Assembly (NCBI GenBank): GCA_951406725.2
Contig: OX597828.1
Coordinates: 28,706,001-28,770,000, forward strand
DNA: 64,000 nucleotides
From: Octopus vulgaris
Lineage: Eukaryota
Direction: 5' to 3'
A program made the translations under genes and the position numbers. The notes beneath the pieces were generated by a model, which worked only from the letters and a program-made list of their open reading frames with translations, was not told the DNA's origin and did no database searches. Positions 59,443 to 64,000 of the stretch are shown one piece after another; position 1 is the stretch's first letter, and each line of letters begins with the position of its first letter.

Positions 59443-59492
<50 letters not shown>

Positions 59493-59494
<2 letters not shown>

Positions 59495-59862
59495 TTGTTA
59501 TTATGTTAAACTGTCGTATGTTCAAATTTGTCCAAATTTTTTCCAATATTTAAAAATTGCTAGCAATGGCCAGTTCTTTTGGTCAAACTTCAGATGCCAA
59601 GATATGAAAATTGCCAAAGTGTAGTACAACGGTTCAGCATTTTTCAGAAGTGTAGTAAGTCCCACATACGACAGTTTTGCAAAAATATTTCCGACTCAAA
59701 ATATCATCCATATATGGAATTACGATTTTATGCCCCAACAAAGTATTATTGTTAAGCTGAAAGTGTTGCTAATTTTAAAAGAAATGGAATCGTGAAAGTA
59801 TTTTTTTTGTTTTATGAAAAAGCAACGCTTTGGACTTAGGGCACTTTTGCATAACAGCAACG
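59493..59862. mobile_element. MITE-like element inserted in (TA)n
   Basis: Left end CATTGTTATTATGTTAAACTGTCGTATGTTCAAA versus reverse complement of right end CGTTGCTGTTATGCAAAAGTGCCCTAAGTCCAAA. An internal inverted sub-repeat lies at about 59660-59685. Confidence 0.6.
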
Positions 59863-59906
59863 ATATATATATATAATAGTGGTTTTGTCTCTAATTAATA
59901 TTATAT

Positions 59907-59937
<31 letters not shown>

Positions 59938-60224
59938 GGGACAAGAACGCAAAACATTCAAATAGACGATACAAAAAACAGGCGGGTCATTCGAAGCCTC
60001 TAATCTTCAGTCAAGAACCGGATCATCCTCGCAATTTCGGCTGATTAATCTTGAGATTGCTCCGATATGGCCAGCCCCAATGAAAAACTAAGCTACCAGC
60101 ATTAGATTTCTTGGAAAAAGGATCGAATGTATACGAAACAAGGACAGAAAAACGGACGATGTTACACGAATATAAATACAAAAAAACAAACAAAAAATAA
60201 TACGAATATAAATACAAAAACAAC

Positions 60225-60264
<40 letters not shown>

Positions 60265-62371
60265 GGACAAAACACACGCCTGGGTGTGAAATATGTGTGT
60301 GAAATATTCGTATGTGTTTGTTCTTGTGTTCGGCCCCTTCCCCACTGGTGTTGGTTTATGTCCCTGTAAATTTCCGGTTCGGCATAGATACCGACATAAT
60401 AAATGCTAAACTTTAAAAACAAAAGTACTGCAGTGATCTGTTCGAGCAGACCCTTCAAAGTGGTGCTCCAGCATGTGCGCAATTCAATGCCTGAAACAAG
60501 GAGAAGATAAAATATAGAACCGGTCTATTGGATTTTTCTTCACTCAAGAGCTGACCTTTCGTCCAGTCAAATGATCAACAGTTTCACTAGTAATATTATT
60601 ATCACCAGCGAAGCTAGCGAGCATGCAAAATTGGCAGAGCATCGGGAAAATGTCTGGTGGCATTTCTTCTTGCTCTTTCCTTTCCAAATCTCGCTGAGAT
60701 CAGCTTTTCGTCCTTTCAGAATCAGTTAAATAAGTAGCAGTCAAGTACTGGAATCGATGCTATCGATCCCCACCCAGCCCTTCAAGATTTTTGCTCTTGC
60801 GCCCAAATTAAAAAGAATTATTATTATTAGCTATTATGAATGCGGTGAGCTGGCAGAATCGTTAGAACGTTGGAAAAATCTCTTGGCATACTTCTTTCTG
60901 ATCTGAGTTCAAATCTCACAAAGATCAACTCTATCTTTGACCCTTCCCAAGTCTATAAAAGATAATACTGGTCAAGTGTCAGGGTCAATGGTATAAAGTA
61001 CTTCCTGCTTACTTCAAAATTGCTGCTTTTGGGTCTCAATCAGAAACCATTATTTGTACCAGACATGTAGTGCAGTGTATGGAATTTATTCTTGGAATTC
61101 AAACCACAGACCAACGAGATAACATTCTAACTTGTGAAATTTGATACACTTCTCTTAAATGGCTATAATTGGAGGTTAAATGCTTAAGACATAAATGTTT
61201 TCTACACTTTTGTAAGTCTAAGTCCCTTACAGATGTCTGCTGTTGACGTTCTCCAAACGATAGGCTTGTCCTTTCCATTAATGGGCATATCAACCTTGGA
61301 GAAATCTTGGATTTTGAGGTGAATCTTCTTCTTAAGCGGAGGTGCCCTTAGTTGCCATTTGGTAATTATGACACATCCTTGAGAGGTGGAGATTATTTTC
61401 ACAAGTCGTGAATTCATTTTGTAAGTAATTTGATGCACCTGTATTTGTATACACAAATAAACGCTCGCACTTACACACGCAAACACATCTATATATATAG
61501 ACCAGTGTGTTTGCATATGTGTATATAATATCTACATATATCCTCAACCTATGATTTGAGAATGGAGAGCTCCGTAAATAAAGAGGGAATGAAATCGCAT
61601 TCCTGTGTTGTTTCTGTCGCAGGATTCGCGATTCACTGGATCACCTGGGCTAATGCTTCATCCTCTGTTTAAGCGCTCCTGGATTTCTACAAGATGGGTC
61701 TTTCTGATCTCACCGTGTTAATGTTTGGCTTGGTCATCATGGAGGTCTAGTCAAGGAACCACTACATGTTAAGAGAAAATAGGAAAAGGGATAATGAAAC
61801 TCGATGGCGAGTTGAAAGCTACTAGGAATTTACGTATCTATTCATGTGTCTGTTTAACTGGTTGTCCGTCTATCTATCTATCTGTCTATCTATCTATCTG
61901 ATCTTACTTTAACTAATCATTTGCCCTCAATCATTATCGATCTATCTGTCTAGGCACAGCGAAAGCAACTAATCAATCATTCGTTTCCCTTTCCTCCACA
62001 CCATTCGCACAAACACCGAGTCTATCTCTTCCTCAAACCACATATACAAATACGATATTTTGATGTATACATACAGGAAAAGAAATACACACATCAACGT
62101 CACACACACACACACACACACGCAAATAGACTGGTATGTAGGTAGGTAGATTGATAAATAGACAAATTGAGAGAGAGAGAGAGAAATTGATAGATAATAA
62201 TCAATTACAGTTGTAAGTTTTATGCAGAGTAATGTCATAAAGGTTTGAAGATTGTTTTATCAAAGTCATTAAACTTTAAGTAACCCAAGTATAACCTTTA
62301 ATACACACACATACACACACACACAGACACACACACACACATACACACACACACATACACACACACAGTCT

Positions 62372-63428
62372 ATGGAAGACGAAGACTTCAGTGAATTGCA
62401 TATTGTACATTGCATGCTTTACGGATTTTGTAAGAGCAACAACACTACACATGCAAGAGAAAACCTTTGTGTTGTATATCCGAATGATGTGAGTGTTCGG
62501 AAATGCCAAATGTGGGTTAACAAATTGTTGTAAAACGGTGATTTCGATATTTTTGGGTGGATATCGACCCGGAAGACCAACCGTTCTCAATAATGATGCA
62601 GTGGAAACAACATTCGAAGTGGATCCGAGATAAAATACCGAGGATTTATCCCCGAAATCTTAATAAACCTTGGTCCACTGCGCAATATCATGTCAAGAAG
62701 ATTGGGAAAGCGTTTTGAGAAGAAAGTGGATACGTTAGGGAATAACTCTGGGGGATATAAAATAGTGCCTTCAACAATTTGCTAATCAGAAACGAAGAAA
62801 CATCTTTTCTTAATCCAGTTGTAACAGATGATGAGAAATGGATTTCTGTGCCAACCTTATTAGTAAGAAGCAGTGGTTGTCGCCAAATTGAAATCCACTT
62901 ACACCACTCAAATCAGATTTACACCCAAAGAAGATTTTGTTGAGTGGCTCGTGGAAAAAAATAGATATTGTTCACTTCGATTTTTTGGAACAGGGGGATA
63001 GACATCCCCACAGAACTTTTATTATCAACAACTTTAACAGGTCAACATTTTGTTCGGAAAACCAAACGGAGTCATCCAGTCACATGATAACACAAGGTCA
63101 CATTCAGCGAAGATTACCCAAGAAAAGATAATTTCATTTTGCTGGGGATCTCTGCCTCATCCGCTCTACTCACCAGACCTAACGCCATCAGATTCAGGTC
63201 ACTTCAACACTTCGCCAAAAGGTATAAAAATTTCAGAAGCGATCACAATGTTGAAACAGCATGGCAAATATTGCTCTGGTTAATTTTCCTAAAGAATGAG
63301 AAAACTGGTTTCGAGGTGGGAAAATGATGGAAATTATATCTTTGAATGAATAAATATATTTACAAAAAGGGTTATGCTGATCTGAAGCTATTACAGGAAG
63401 TGCGACATTATTTTTCAGTACCTCTAAC
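62372..63428 (+). pseudogene. Mariner (Tc1/mariner, DD34D-type) transposase pseudogene with probable right TIR
   Basis: MEDEDF..HCMLYGF..NLCVVY, GDFD, RPGRP, VTDDEKW, LHPKKILL, HDNTRSH and LPHPLYSPDLTPSD, with many stops and frameshifts. TIR-like GCGACATTATTTTTCAGTACCTCTAA at about 63402-63428. Confidence 0.9.
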
Positions 63429-63497
63429 ATACAAGCACACTCACACTTATATACATACATACGTGCCTACATATATTTGAGTGTATATATATGACAG

Positions 63498-63600
63498 TGG
63501 AGGCGCAATGGCCCAGTGGTTAGGGCAGCGGACTCGCGGTCATAGGATCGCGATTTCGATTCCCAGACCGGGCGTTGTGAGTGTTTATTGAGCGAAAACA
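63498..63600 (+). mobile_element. SINE family C head (3'-truncated)
   Basis: GGAGGCGCAATGGCCCAGTGGTTAGGGCAGCGGACTCGCGGTC..TTCGATTCCCAGACCGGGCG. Homologous to 42375-42591. Confidence 0.85.
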
Positions 63601-63691
63601 TCAGTACCCCTAACATACAAGCACACTCACACTTATATACATACGTACGTGCCTACATATATTTGAGTGTATATATGTGACTGTGTGCAAC

Positions 63692-63722
<31 letters not shown>

Positions 63723-64000
63723 TACACACACACACGGAGTAGAAGCTATGTGTGCAAATAGATGTACGACTGCTACTGTTATGTTTAGAGTTTCACATAG
63801 ATTATAATAATCCGGCCTGCTTCGCTTCCTGTAGAGTTGTTAATTAATTACTGTACTGACTAACATTACTAGTTATGAGCTACAGAGCAAGTGTAGGAAG
63901 AATAAGGATATCCACAAGTTTATATTATAGTTCCTATGCGCATTTCTCCATTATGGCTGTTTGGATGCATTATGGCAATATAAATATTTCATTTTGTTGA

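Noticed and set aside
59940-60130. Repeat-like block with CTGAAGA and GGCTG..CAGCC-GAAA on the minus strand
   Set aside because: The core pieces are not in an order that builds a hammerhead fold.
61099-61400. Possible R4-type RT fragment (LKHLTSNYSHLREVY)
   Set aside because: Similarity is too short and degenerate to call without a profile search.

Overview
This is AT-rich, microsatellite-saturated eukaryotic non-coding DNA. The SINE/LINE complement and TA/CA/TACA density resemble a coleoid cephalopod such as Octopus (inference). No intact host gene is visible, and nearly all listed ORFs are translations of microsatellites. Recognisable content: three tRNA-derived SINE families; decayed CR1, RTE and R4/Dong-type LINEs; a mariner transposase pseudogene; Helitron and MITE remnants; and a Penelope-like (PLE) GIY-YIG endonuclease remnant. 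The most striking hidden signal is about 18 minimal type-I hammerhead ribozyme (HHR) motifs from about 11 sequence-unrelated families. Five sets are outward-reading inverted pairs, most have palindromic dimer-type stem III, and two families carry the compensatory U3-A8 core. Two SINE families share their 3' hairpin tail with the local CR1 LINE. One candidate minus-strand spliced exon lies at 19452-19575. All coordinates and folds were read by eye.
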